From contig OZ024741.1 in the NCBI GenBank assembly GCA_964016885.1, positions 354,888,001 through 354,952,000 of the forward strand: a DNA stretch of 64,000 nt. Direction: 5' to 3'. The translations under genes and the position numbers were made by a program. The DNA is from Eledone cirrhosa (lineage: Eukaryota). The notes under the pieces were generated by a model, which saw nothing but the letters and a program-made list of their open reading frames with translations, was not told where the DNA came from and searched no databases. This document shows positions 39,871 through 52,935 of this stretch, piece after piece (positions within the stretch are counted from its first letter, which is position 1; each line of letters opens with the position of its first letter).

Positions 39871-42073
39871 TATAACAAAATACTGGTGTGTATGAATATA
39901 ACAGGAGACTCAGTTATAAAGTTTAATTAACAAGTTGAAGTTATGTAGTATAGAATTGTTGACATGTCAAGAGTAGATGAAATATGAAGTAAAGTTACCG
40001 TTTTGAAGTTAGCTCGCAAGAGACCGTGTTAGGGTTGCCAGAGAGTAGAGACTCGTCGAACGCGCCTGGCCGAAAGGGCAAATGAGGGAGAGATCGCTCT
40101 GAGTATCCCTTTTATAGGGTCTCAAGACGGAAGTGACAAAAAGGGTTCTGCCACCCCAACGGGAAGTAACTCCAGCTACTTCCTGTCTAGAGAGCATTAA
40201 TCTATCGGTGATGTGATCGTCACATGTGATCGTCTACATTATCCCCCGCCAGATTTTTAAAACATAAAAATCGAATGAACCATGTATGAAGTAAGATGGC
40301 GAGCATGTTGTAACACCAAAGTCCAGGCATGAAAATTACGAAAAAAATGTTTGCAATAAAAGGAAAACAGCAAAATATATGCATGCAAAAATCAATGATA
40401 GATATCAAGGTAGCCAACCGCTCTTGGCCAGAAAACGACTGGACATCTATCTATCCATCACTCAAAGATACAATGTAATCAAAGTAAAAGAAGAGGTCAA
40501 AGTTCAAATCTTCAAAATACAGTTCACAGGTGTACAATCACATGACAGCAGGAAAGAAAGTGTGTCATCCAGAGAATGTATGCAGGTGGTCTGTAGACTG
40601 TGGTACAACGTGAAAATCGGTGGGATTTTCTCGCAGGAAGAGTGCTGCAAAAATGAATTCTGTTTTGTTCTGCTGGTTTTGGTTGTTGATGTTGTCTCGC
40701 GGAGTGAGCGTATTCGATGTTGTTTCCGTTCACAATGAAATCTTTTCCAGAAAAAATGAGTTGCGCAAAGTGCTAGAAATAACAGCCGAAGTTGATGGTC
40801 GATGTTGAGAATGCGTTGACCTGGAAGGGTCAAGAGGCCAGCGACCAAAGAAATAAGCATTCTGAATAAATGCGCAGTTTTCAACGGCAAATTTACGTGG
40901 TAAATTTTTAAACCGGCAAATAGGAGAATATAGCTTAAGGCTGGAGAATCCTTGGCAAGAAACATTATCTATGGCGTGTGGTATCTCAGTGAGTCGAGAT
41001 GTGTGCTGCCCACACGTGCCGAAACAAGGTAGTTGGCAGCCATTTTGAAAAACTCGTGTGTGAACGTGATAATATGATGAAACAGAAAGAAAGGCTTCAC
41101 TTGGTATAACAAATATCGCGAGTTCAACTTTTTTTGTGAACGCTTGGCGGAAAGAATAAGCAATAGTTGAGATTCAGCGAAAGTAAATGTTCATGTTGAA
41201 ATGTGTAAAAAAAAAAAAATCAAATTTCTTTTTTTTTTTAAAGTGTTCGTTGTAAGAAGAAACGAAAAACATATATATACATCCAGTGGAATGCGACACA
41301 TAGTTGATGTGCGACACGTGCGTGAAAGGCAAAATTTTCTGTTTATTTTGCTTGCTGAGAAAACATTTCTTTTTTGATGTGTTCGTTATAAGACAGTGTA
41401 TGCGGAGATAAATCCTTGTCTAAGGAGGTCGGAGGGATTTCTTAGTCCGAAAAAAACAATATCACGTTAGGTGAGAGAAGAAGAGTCTGTCTGAACGAGA
41501 ATTTCACATGTGCGTGTGTTCGTTTCTGTGTCTGAGTATTTTTCCTAGTTCGTTAATAAAGTTTGCTGCGTATTCGAAATGTTGGTCGACACATTCCAAC
41601 GAAAATGGGGCACTGCTAATTAATTTTTTATATATATTCACACAACACCAGATCCTATCATTTTTTTCTCGGGGTCACCACTTATAACAAAATACTGGTG
41701 TGTATGAATATAACAGGAGACTCAGTTGTGTATATAAAGTTTAATTAACAAGTTGAAGTTATGTAGTATAGAATTGTTGACATGTCAAGAGTAGATGAAA
41801 TATGAAGTAAAGTTATTTGTTACCGTTTTGAAGTTAGCTCGCAAGAGACCATGTTAGGGTTGCCAGAGAGTAGAGACTCGGCGAAAGCGCCTGGCCGAAA
41901 GGGAAAATGAGAGAGAGATCGCTCTGAGTATCCCTTTTATAGGGTCTCAAGACGGAGGTGACAAAAAGGGTTCTGCCACCCCAACGGGAAGTAACTCCAG
42001 CTACTTCCTGTCTAGAGAGCGTTAATCTATTGGTGATGTGATCATCACAACAAGGGAGGCAACTCTTGCTACA
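39871..42073 (-). mobile_element. Non-autonomous Gypsy-type LTR retrotransposon, family B
   Basis: Direct repeats ~39871-40236 and 41683-42073; PBS TGGTGACCCCG at 41680-41670; PPT ctggcggggga near 40250-40240; 4-bp TSD GACC; no intact gag/pol. Confidence 0.85.
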
Positions 42074-42251
42074 GACCTTTTACTCTCTCTCTCCTGGTCT
42101 AAGGCTCTCACATTTCATACCCGCTCGGCAAATTTGACCAACTCCAGGATAGACAAACATAAACGCACACGCAGTAGGTTTAGTTATGTTTTTCACTAAT
42201 CTTTCGTCTTCCTGTCATTTCACATCTATTATATCATTGTATTGATACATG

Positions 42252-44406
42252 TGTAACGGATAGGGTGTGTTGATTTGATGAGTGTTTGGATGAAAAGAAT
42301 AATGCCATGATTGGGTTGTTAACAATGTTTATTTTATAATAACAATATTCGACTTGAACATTAAGTAATAAAATTTATGACATGAATATATTCGTACAGT
42401 TAATTGGTAGTTGCTAAGAGCTACGTAAATGCATGTATCAGAGAAGACGATATAGTATATACGTTGGGTTGTGTCTTACAGATAGAATATTGCAGGAAGA
42501 ATAGGATAAGAGTATAATATAACTGTTTCTACTTTTGGCACAAGGCCAGCAATTATCTCAGTGTATTACTGGTACTTTATTTTATCGACCCCGTAAGGAT
42601 GAAAGGCAAAGTTAACCTCGGCAGGATTTGAACTCAGACCATAAAGGGCCGTAACTCTTTGCTGCAAAGCATGGCGTCAGACCCTCTACCGATACTGCCA
42701 AGCCACCTATATGAGAGTATAATATAACAATATGAATTTACTATGTGTGTGCCTATTCTTAGTTTATCTTAATCTCATAGTAGTAATGGTCAATCTGTCA
42801 GGCAGGTATGGCTGGCTGGCCGAGAGGGTAAGCCAGTAAGGGCCAGGAGAAAGATAGAGTGAAAGGCCAGCTAATGTCTACATCGCTTATTGTCTGTTGA
42901 CTGCAGCTTCGCGTCTGCCTTTTGGGTTCCTCAACTCCTTGTATTTATAATAAGTGCTAAAGTAAGAAGGATGGATATATGAGGTTGATCTATGGTCTGC
43001 CCTGTGGTTAGCATCTCCCAAGAGATTGAGGTCACAGGTCAAATGGAATGTACATTTATCATCGTTGACAGGACAAAGGCGAGAACTTCCAGCGATAGAT
43101 TATCCCAGAGGCGGGAAAGCTCAGATTCGGTTTCGAATCTTCGCCGGTAAAATATAGGAGTATTCCGTTATAGTACTCCCCTTCTAGTGAGCAAGCTAAT
43201 GATCGAACGATCAAGGTGTGTGTGAGGCTAATATAAGTATGTCTTAGCGTGCGGGGTCGCTCTCGATGTGTAATTCATATGATACTTTCCCAGTGAGTCA
43301 GGGAAGTTGTTGGCGAGTCTGTTGGAGAAACGGTGGGAACTGGTGACAGGTCCAGTTCCATGAATACTTTCCAAGTGAGTCGGGTAAAGTGGCAAGATTG
43401 AGGTTTTTATGCTATTTGAAGATGAGTGTGTAACGAGATGCGAAGCTGAGTGCAATACTCGTGTTGCGGAAGCTGCATGTGTCGATAGCATGTTTCCGTA
43501 CCTTAACCAAGTGAAAAGGGATCTCGCAGAATACTAACACGAATGAAGAACATATGAAAAACGATCTCGCAGAGTACCTACACGGATCAAGAACATACAC
43601 TATAGACAGCAACATGTTGGTGTGTGACAAAGAAATGTGTGTGTGTATGCATGCAGTCATATATACAATGGTAGAAAAAAAAATGAATGTTCAGTTTAAA
43701 AGAAGTGAATATTCAAACAAGCCTGTAAAAAAAAGAAGAAATAATTGTTTTTCAACAAAAAGTTCAATTTTTCTTTTCCTTGAAATTTCTTTAGGATAAG
43801 AATGTTATCGTTCTTATTAGGAAGCTAGTAGAGTTGTCGTTGTTGTTGTTGCTGCTATCGAAGAAAATGACAGCTATTTCTCGGGTGTTTTCGCAGTGAT
43901 GTGCTTGACTCTATTTTTAAGAGCATCGAAGCGAAATCACAGTAATTCTTTTGTAGAATCGGAGTTTGGTAAATAACTTGACGAAGTGATTCGTGAGCAT
44001 CGAGTTCACCATTATATGGTGAGAAGGCTGTTGTTGTTTCGACTCGGATCACCATTTGTAGCGAGAAGGCTGTTGTTTCGAATCTCGAGTCACCGTTGTA
44101 GCAGATAGTGAGAAGACTGTGTGTTCGTTTCTCGTGTCACCGTTTGCAGTAGACAATTGATGGTCACCAGTTGTAGCAGATAGAATGTAACAACAATTGT
44201 AGTGGATAGTGAGAAGGTTGTGTTTTCGTTTCGCGGGGTTACCAGTTGTGGCGGATACAATATGACAGAAACGATAGAATAGTTGAAGCATACAATGTAG
44301 ACAATATGAGAAGATTGCGTGTTCGTTTCACGGGGTCACCAGTTGTAACGGATAAGTGGTATTCTTTGTAATGTAGTTTGATGAAATATAGGAATATTCC
44401 GTTATA
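42252..44406 (-). mobile_element. Non-autonomous LTR retrotransposon, family A
   Basis: 3' LTR 42252-43172 preceded by PPT ctagaaggggagtac; collapsed ~60-bp 5' LTR 44345-44406; PBS TGGTGACCCCG at ~44342-44332; TSD CATG (42248-42251 / 44407-44410). Confidence 0.8.
42524..42713 (-). mobile_element. Full-length tRNA-derived SINE inside an LTR
   Basis: TSD agagtataatataac on both sides; A/B-box head and Meta-like core. Confidence 0.85.
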
Positions 44407-45719
44407 CATGCATACACGCTAGCTCGAAATAGCTAGCCAGCAGATAATGTAGTAATAATTGCTACCACTCGATGCTCAATGTACCAACAAGTGAATATTG
44501 TTATTGTAAAATAAACATTGGCAACATCACAATTCTGGCATTATTCTTTTTATCATTCATCCCGAAAGGAATACATTTATCCGCTACAGGTCTAACCAGG
44601 GCTGGATTAAGTCACCCAAGCACATAAAATATTACGGAATTAAAAATTTGATTAAAATGGTGCCCCTTTTCCTTGATGCCCTTGGCATGTGCTTATTTTA
44701 CTTAATGGTTAATCTAGCTCTAGAGCGAACGACAACATATAGTCTCCTTTCTTAACACATTGATGTTTGAATCCCAGATTAGCTCATATGGTCAACGGTG
44801 TCCATCCAAGACCACACTGTCTATTTATATATCTACGACTAATTTAACGTGGTATGTTAGTGCTACTGTTAATTAATCCTAGCCGGTCATGTTCACACTA
44901 TATGCAAATGAGCATCATCAGCCGATTTTATTTGCACTTTATGCAAATGACCATAACCAGTCAATGTTACATATGCAAAAAAAATAAGTTATAGCTTATT
45001 CTTGTTTCAGTACCGAGTGAGTAAATGTCACCAATAACGGATAAAAATAAGAAAAACGTGTCTTACATTATCGCACGGCTACTGCGATAGTTGAGACATG
45101 ATTACAGTTGAAAATATTCGTAAAAAAAAAACTGGTGTATGTTTATTATACATACACATTCCATATGTATACACCTGTTACATTGTATGTATGTACGAAA
45201 GGGTTCTACTTTTGCGTTCACCAAATTCCACTCACAAGGCGATAATCAACTCCAGGTTATAGTAGAAGACACTTACATTAGATGCCGCGCAGTGGGATTG
45301 AACCCAGAACCTTATAGTTGCAAAACAGCATTTAAATAATTGTTGTTGTCAAAATATATTCACATATTGTCTTATAACGATAAAGTCTTATATTGATTGA
45401 CTTTAGTAATGCCTTTACTCACAATACACAGTGTCTGGTATAAATGTGTGTCCTCGCGTTGCGTACTTTTTCTGTGTGTATATTTGCGCAAAGTTATTTT
45501 ATTAAGTAGAATAACATTGCAAATATGCTTTAGATATATACATGAATAACATTACAAATGCATAAATAACATTATAAATTGTTCGCAATTCGTTCAGAAG
45601 GTCATTACAGATATAATGTCTAAACTGTGTATAATAACACAATAATATAAATTCCTTGAACAAAAATTATAAAGAAAAAAATAAGGAAGGGGTGGGTGGG
45701 TTCACATCAAGTGTGATAA

Positions 45720-46150
45720 TCGGCCACACCTCACACCTTAGGGGCTAACTACACACATTCAGGCAAGCATTACCACGGGTGACGGCGAGGCTAAGGCACT
45801 GAAATAACCAGACACCCTCACGGGCATCACCTGACACCTCAGTAAGGTGAGCCGCCAGTGAAGACAAGAACTTCGCTGTCAGCAGCCCAACTCCGCCGAA
45901 CGTCTCGAACGCCACAGGAAAAAAATTATTATTTGGTAAGTCCTGGTATTTCCGAATTTTATTCCGTTCGACAACGAAAGCAGTGACCCCAACATTCACC
46001 ACGGCGTCCATGATGTGGGAGAGAGCAAAAGTGTCACTGACTGTGACGTCTCAAATGAGACACCTACCTCTCACTCAGGGACAAAGTGTAAGACCGTCTG
46101 GTCTCTTCCCATCACTTCTGGATAAACCAGCCGGTTTCAGAACTGTGGAG
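45720..46150 (-). mobile_element. CRE-like non-LTR element 3' end (REL endonuclease); second decayed copy ~48490-48750
   Basis: EP.GL..SDGKRPDG.T..P...G..L..DVT..DT...K..KY..L...F.PVAFETFG...LS.AV.RGNA. Confidence 0.75.
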
Positions 46151-46179
46151 ATATTTACCCGAGCCAGGGCCCGTTATAT

Positions 46180-46520
46180 ATGTGGACGTAACACAGCCGA
46201 ATAGTTACGAGGTTCGCTTCACAATCATAAGGTGCCGGGTTCGATCCTACTGCGTGGCATCTTGGGTAAGTGTCATTTACCTTAGTCTCGAGTTGACCTA
46301 TATCTTGTGAGCGAAATTGGAAAGACCCGTAGAATGGACTGTACCTGTAATTCAAAGAGTCAGCCTTGTCACACACTGTGTTACGCTGAATCTCCCTAAG
46401 AGTTACGCTAAAGGTACACGTATCTGTGAAATGCTCAGCTATTTACACGCCAATCTCACGAGAAGGTTGCTCTGTCGATTAAACAACTGGAACACTTCTA
46501 GTCGAAAAAGACGGAGATTT
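46180..46520 (+). mobile_element. tRNA-derived SINE (another family; fragments also ~6590-6820, 24060-24300, 25300, 45200-45320, 56140-56370)
   Basis: B-box gggttcgatcc followed by a body shared across copies (cttgtcacacactgtgttacgctgaatctcc). Confidence 0.65.
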
Positions 46521-47796
46521 ATTCCAAATAATGATGTACAGGAAAATAAATAAGTAGAGGCTACCGATTCAGATATTGTCAAACAATGGCACGTGGCTAG
46601 ATTCAGGTCAGAAACTCTTACAGTTGTCTGACTCACAGTATACATTTTTCTCAACAAACTCTCATATTTCTCTATTCTATGAGCAGATATTTCTTCGCTA
46701 ACTGCGCCCACGTCAGCCAAATAAACACTTCGTCTCACTTCTTAAACTAGAAACATATGACAACAACACAGGCCTTTTTATTGTTTATGTTTTTACCTCC
46801 GTTATATCGAATAATATCAGAATTCAAAGGTAACGGGGTTGCTGTAAATAATTAACTGTTTGTGCTTTTAAGTTTTGAACTTGTTTGATACCTTGTAAAT
46901 TGACAAGATCTTTTATCTTTTAAATAGTGTAAGTTATACGTGTTTTTCAATGAAAATAGGAACAGAAGGGAAGATGCGTGACAGTATTTAGTAATTCGAA
47001 TTTTTAATCTGTTATTGAATTCGTAGTTAATACAGTTGAATTGTAATGAACTACAGAACACTTACTGAATCAATATCACGTTTAAGTTTGCTTCATGGTC
47101 CTGGTGCACAGAAATAGGAACATATTGATTGATTTGTTAAACTAGAAAATTTGTTAACTTGAAATAAAGTCGTTAAAAGTAAAACGAAGAAGAAGGTAAG
47201 ATTATTTATCATAATTTTAATTCAATTCACCTCTAATTGTTATTGAAAACAAAGTGTGTGCGTGAGTGTTTTTTTAAAAATTACCTCGAGTGTAAGCAGT
47301 ATCAGTCTAAATTAGTCAAGAACCCGAATAGTCATTTACGGGGGAACCCCTACGTAGTCATTCCACTTGTTGAAAATAGCTGCCAAATCGCCTAGATTTG
47401 CATAATGTAGTCTGAAAAAAAAAGAGAGAGAAAAATAAAATATGAGCCATTCACAGCAGGGAGCCTCCCTAGAGGTCTTTGATCATGGCTCCGTTCATTC
47501 TGGGCCGACTCGAAACTAAATAAACGGCGATAATACATTGAACTTTATCTACCGTATTTTCGCTATATATTATATCCAGTTCTCCCTGCTCCTGATTTTA
47601 GGCAACTGTTTTGGTTTTATAAGTCTATTATTATTCACTGAGTTCAAATCCCGCCGAGGTTAACTTTGCCTTTCATCCTTACGGGGTCGATAAAATAAAG
47701 TACCAGTAATGCACCGGGAAATTGCTGGCCTTGTGCCAAAAGTAGAAACAATTATTATTCATTAACTCATCTGTGTGTCTATCTATCTAATTTAAC

Positions 47797-48306
47797 CGCC
47801 ACCCTCCTTCAAAAACGAAGGAGAGGCGGTTTTCCTTTGTGTGATAGCTATGGCGAAAGAGGTTGTATGGTGGACAAGGTTGAAAGGGCTGAGGTCAGAC
47901 ACCTTTCTCTCCGGCCAACAACTGATTCTTTTTTTCAAATACCACTTTGGAAGAAGAATCAGGATGGAGAGAGAGGTGCTGTACCCCAGCAAGTTTTATG
48001 AAAGGTGGGTGAAAGTGGCGAGAATGGCAGGAGTGAATGGGCCTTCTCTCTATATCAGCCTGTAGGTTGAGGAAAAGGAGGAGGAGAGGAAAGGAGTACA
48101 AACTCTTCGTACTCCTGGAGATGAGGGTTGCACATTTTTTTCGAGGGTATGTGTTACCCATATAAACTGTCTCCCCCTATTGGGGAAAATCGACTAACTT
48201 TTTAAATTGCATTTGTGATAACATTTTACACGTTTTTATTGTATGTAAACTTCCCCCTTTGTATTTGTCCCCTTCTTTTGTGCCCCCTGTGGCTAATAAA
48301 GAAACA
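47797..48306 (+). mobile_element. 5'-truncated Tx1/L1 copy with 17-bp TSD
   Basis: ORF 47841-48065 nearly identical to the C-terminus of 32208-32789; TSD tatctatctaatttaac at 47780-47796 and 48307-48323. Confidence 0.9.
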
Positions 48307-49580
48307 TATCTATCTAATTTAACTGTCTAACTATAAATGTTATCTCTTTTCTACTTGATCTTTATATAAACACAATTTATATACTTTTTAATATTATATA
48401 AAAATAGAGGAAAAATTAAAAAAACGACAAATTCGGAGAAGACCCATACACCATATCACACGTCATAAGTGGCGCTGGAGTCTCACTTTAATAATTTTGC
48501 AGGCAAGCCAACACATTCGCAGCATTGCTGCAGATTCTAGTAATGGTAAGGTGCTGGAAAAACCAAGCACCCTCTCAGGCATCACCTGATACATCTGTAA
48601 GGCAAGCCCCCAACGATGACATGAACTTTGTTGGCAGTGGCCCAGCCCTTCCAGACGTTTTGAAAAAAATAGTTTGCCATTAATTCATGGTACCTTCGAA
48701 TTTTATTTCATTCGGTTACAGATGTAGTGATCCCCATATTAACCAGGTTGATCTGAAGCTCATAATACAGATATCAGCTTCAGATTATACAAACATTTCA
48801 CAATATTTGATACAGGGTGAAGAATCATAATCCATAGATTCAGCTAAAGAAATACCATGGGGAAAAGGTTTTCTGTTTATTGATAGTTTATCAAGCATCG
48901 AATTGTTTCAATCAAGAGGTCAAATTAGAGATATTGAAAGTGTTCTGCTAAGAATAGATAACTATCTATCAGAAATTATAAACAAATAACAATGATACCA
49001 AACCATTATGGGTCGCAGGTGGCAGATAGTGATATGGCCACTAGGTACGATAGTTAATTGTGATAAAAGTGGGCTCCCGCTAGCAAGCAGCAGTAATCTA
49101 CTAGGGAGGATGGAGCAATGGATGACACTGTTAACTCTCACAGTCCAGTGATTTAGTTATGACAAGGCAAGTAAAGGTTGTCACTAACAAAGCCTAGTGT
49201 TCACAGATTTGAGAAAATTACCAAATTGTTGACTGGCACCCAAAACTGCAGCATAGTCAGATGCAATAAAAGCAATCATACCACATCATCCTTCACATAG
49301 GGTAACAAGGGACACTTTCAGGCCTTAGGTAGAGGGGCCTGTTTGAAAAATATATTGCAGTTTCCATCCAATGTTGCAAGAACTGATGATGGGCATGCAA
49401 CCTGTCCTGGGACACACAGGGTGGATGCACAAAGGTTGCCTATCCCAAGACTCTAAAAAGGGTCCAGAAAGGGCCAAACTTTAGCAAATCGAGATGCCTT
49501 ATTAGACCTCTGTTCTAGTAATGGGCTTCCTGTTATGAATACTTTCCAGCACAAAAGATCCATAAGTATACATGGTTTAA

Positions 49581-49781
49581 CCCTTTAGCATTTAAACTAG
49601 CCATATCCGACCAGGATTCTCTCACCTCTTTCTGTTCAAACTGGCTATAACTGGCCACTCATACTGACATTAAGGTATTGTTCTCAAAATAAATAACATC
49701 AAAATCTCGTAAATTTGATATTATGTTTGATAATTATGTAAAATACAATCATATATATAGAGTAATGTAAATACTAAAGGG
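49581..49781. mobile_element. piggyBac-type MITE
   Basis: TIR ccctttagcattta / taaatactaaaggg flanked by TTAA. Confidence 0.75.
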
Positions 49782-49839
49782 TTAAAAGAAATTAGGGCCA
49801 AAGATCAGTAATTGATATTTTTCATTTTTCATTGTCTCT

Positions 49840-51030
49840 GATCTCTTTGATTCTGTGACGGATGTTCATGTTAAGAGAATGGCTGAGTTGTCAATTGATC
49901 ATCATCTAGTTATCTTCAACCTGAGAATACCTAAAGTCAAGAAAACCTGCAAACCTGGCAGGTTCAGCTTTAACTAAAGGATAAAGTGGGAAGTGCTGGC
50001 TGATGAGGAGGTTGGAACCAGGTATGCGGATATTATTGCATCCAAATGAAGTGGAGACTCTTCAGCATGGTAGTTTCTACTTTAACTGTTAAATGCTGCG
50101 GGCAAAAGTGACTTGGTGTGAGGCTGATTGATATGAGGAGCCCTGGTTCAATCAGGAGGTTAAAAATGGCATCTGGACAAAGAAGAAGACTTACAAAGCT
50201 TGGCTTCAAAATAAATCTTCTTGCACTCACAGTACAAACAGGCATGAAAAGACGCAGTGGAGACAGTAAAGGCAGCCTAGGTTAAGATATGGGAGGACTT
50301 TGGGATTAAGCTGTTATCCGACTTTAGATCAGAAAATAAAGTATTTTAGCAAACCATCCAAAGTTCCAGGTCACCAGAGCAATTAAAGAGCTCAAATATG
50401 GCTTGGCTTCTGGAGAGGATGAAATTCAAGCAAAGATGTTAAAAGCCTTAAATAAAAAGGTAGTTGCTGGCTGACTCATGTGTGTCAGGTGGCCTGAATC
50501 TTTTGAAAGGCGCTAAATCAATAACAGTCTGAAGTGGTTATACCAATTTTTCAAAAAGAGAGACAAGAAAGATTGCTCTATTATAGAGGAATCTCCTTGC
50601 TAAGCCTCTCCAGTAAAGTCTATGCTAAGTGTTTGGCAAAGAGATGTAGGGATATTGTTGAGTCCAAGCTAGCTAACAGACAGTGTAGTTTTTGCACCAG
50701 ATGTAGAATAGCTAACAAAATATTCTCACTTCTTCAAGAAATCATGGCAGTATTGCCGTGAGGTGTATTCTCGTTTCATAAACCTCAAAAAGGCATATGA
50801 CTGTGCTCCATGGGATATGTTGTGAAAGGTTCTGCAAAAGTATAGGATTGATGAACAACATTCATATGAATGACCTAGTATTTGTATTTGGATAAATGGT
50901 CAAGACAATTCAATGTAGGTGTCGGACTCTGCCAAGGGTGCGTATCATCAATTCTGAGATGTGCAGCTGGGCTGGAAGTGATATCGGTACCTGTAGGTGC
51001 TGGATCAGTCAACTGGAATTTACAGACGAC
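49840..51030 (+). mobile_element. Decayed RTE-type LINE (APE end to RT)
   Basis: ELSIDHHLV; VIPIFQK...YRGISLLSL..KVYAK...QCSF; LKKAYD; G..QGCV. Confidence 0.75.
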
Positions 51031-51034
51031 ATAT

Positions 51035-51810
51035 CATCGTCTTCGTTTAACGTCTATCTTCTACGCTAACATGGGTTAGATGGCAGTTGTCCAACTTGAG
51101 GCAAGGTTGGTTGGGTGACCGTGTCTCGCTCATATAGGACTATCTGGCAGGTTTTCTATGGCTGGATCCCCTTTCTAACACCAACCACATTTACAGTGTG
51201 GAACTGGGACCTTTTTACCGTGTTACCTACACGACCATATTACAGTGTGGACTGTGTGTTTTTTTTTTGTTGTGACACCTACACGATCTCAATCTCATTA
51301 TCTCATTTATTTGGACTGGATGTTGTGGTACCAACTTTACAGAGAGAGGGTGGTGTTAGTGAGAGGGTAGGGGTAGTGGATTGAGGTGTATATTTGGTTA
51401 AGAGGTGCCTACTGACTGTAGGTTTCCCTTTGTACTTAGGCAAGGCGGGTCTTCTGTATTACTACTGCGTAGCGCCAAAGATCTCGGTCCAGTGACATTG
51501 TCTTGGAGAGGTGTAAGTGTGTAAGGTCGGAATTTATCAAATCGTCCCAGGTTTTTCTGGGTCTACCTACTCCGTAACTTCCATCAATTTTGATCGCCCT
51601 GCACTTTTTTATACAGCTGTCGTCTTTCATACGCATCACGTGACCATACCAACGTAGTCTTCTTTCGAGTAAACAGCATCTGACCTCTCTTATTCCTAAT
51701 TTCTCACTTAGTTCATTTATGCTTTGCCGTTCACGACACATCCAACGGAGCATGCATGCTTCGTTCCTTTCCAGTCTGTGCAGGTCCTCTGCACGCAATG
51801 CCCATGTCAT
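51035..51810 (-). mobile_element. RTE 3' fragment
   Basis: TWALRAEDLHRLERNE...RRLRWYGHVMRM...GRPRKTW; same family as 4790-6085. Confidence 0.88.
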
Positions 51811-52464
51811 AGTACTACTTAACTCCTTGGAAGGTGATCTCTGACATTCACTGGATAGGTTTGCTACTGAGTGCTGCACAGCAGGAATGAAAATTAATAC
51901 TACAAAGGCTGATATCCTTCTCCTCTCAAAGAAGCATGTGCAGTGGATTTGATGCCATATGGAGTAAGTGTGCATTGTATAGCACATACAACTGATCACT
52001 TTAAACAAATCATGTGTGCAGGTTGTAAGGTAAATAAACTGTGTACCTTAGCATCTTGAAAAGTCATAACATGACATTTGCTGAACTCTCATATCTGTCA
52101 TTTTTGACGGAAGAGTCTATCCCTGTGTGTGTGTATATATATATATATTTGGTTTTTGAATTTGTTTTGTGAGATTTCTTATCTGAAAATGTGTGTTGAA
52201 ACAGATATTGTTATACTTTGGTTATACTCATGTAGCCAATAAAAACACACACACACACACACCTGTTGGTTTTCACTTCAATTTATTATAAATTTCCGGT
52301 TGGCTGGTTGGATTGATAACCGGATGGTTGTTTATATATTGTCAAAGCTCTTTTGTCACACATTCTGTGACCCCCTCAGTGACTGGGTTTTTATTTTGTT
52401 TCTCTTTAGTTCTGTCCTACACCATCTCGTTTTTGTGTGTCACACAACATTATATATATATATA

Positions 52465-52935
52465 TCATCATCGTTTAACGTCTATCTTCCACGCTAGCAT
52501 CGGTTTAGACGAGAATTGTCCCACGTGAGGCAAGATTGGTTGTCCTGCTCGTATAGGACTGTCTGGCAGGTTTTCTACGGCTGGATGCCCTTCCTAACAC
52601 CAACCACGTTTACAGTGTGGACTGGGAGGTTTTTACCGTGTTACCTACACGGCCACATTACAGTGTGGACTGTGTTTTTTTTGTCATGACACCTACACGA
52701 CCTCATTTATTTAGGACTGGATGTTGTGGCACCAACATAACTTTACAGAGAAAGGGGTGGTGTTGATGGGGGTAGTGGGATGGGGTGTATTTTGACTGTA
52801 GGTTTCACTTTGTACTTAGGCAAGGTGGGTCTTCTGTATTACTGCGTAGCGCCAAAGGTCTCGGTCCAGTGACATTGTCTTGGAGAGGTGTAAGTGTGTA
52901 AGGTCGGAATCTATCAAATCGTCCCAGGTTTTTCT
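52465..52935 (-). mobile_element. RTE 3' fragment
   Basis: Near-identical to 51035-51560 and to the reverse complement of 5570-6085. Confidence 0.85.

Larger units (their letters stand above)
39560..44588 (+). mobile_element. Solo LTR (family A) split by two nested LTR elements
   Basis: TGTAACGGA (39560) ... TCCGCTACA (44588); pieces 39560-39870, 42074-42251, 44407-44588; flanks gggc/ggtc (3 of 4 TSD match). Confidence 0.65.

Noticed and set aside
40504-41163. gag/pol ORFs inside the family-B LTR element
   Set aside because: No recognisable gag, protease, RT or integrase motifs in the ORFs
43995-44345. CRISPR-like repeat/spacer array
   Set aside because: Eukaryotic context, degenerate repeats matching an LTR/PBS junction, related spacers and no cas genes
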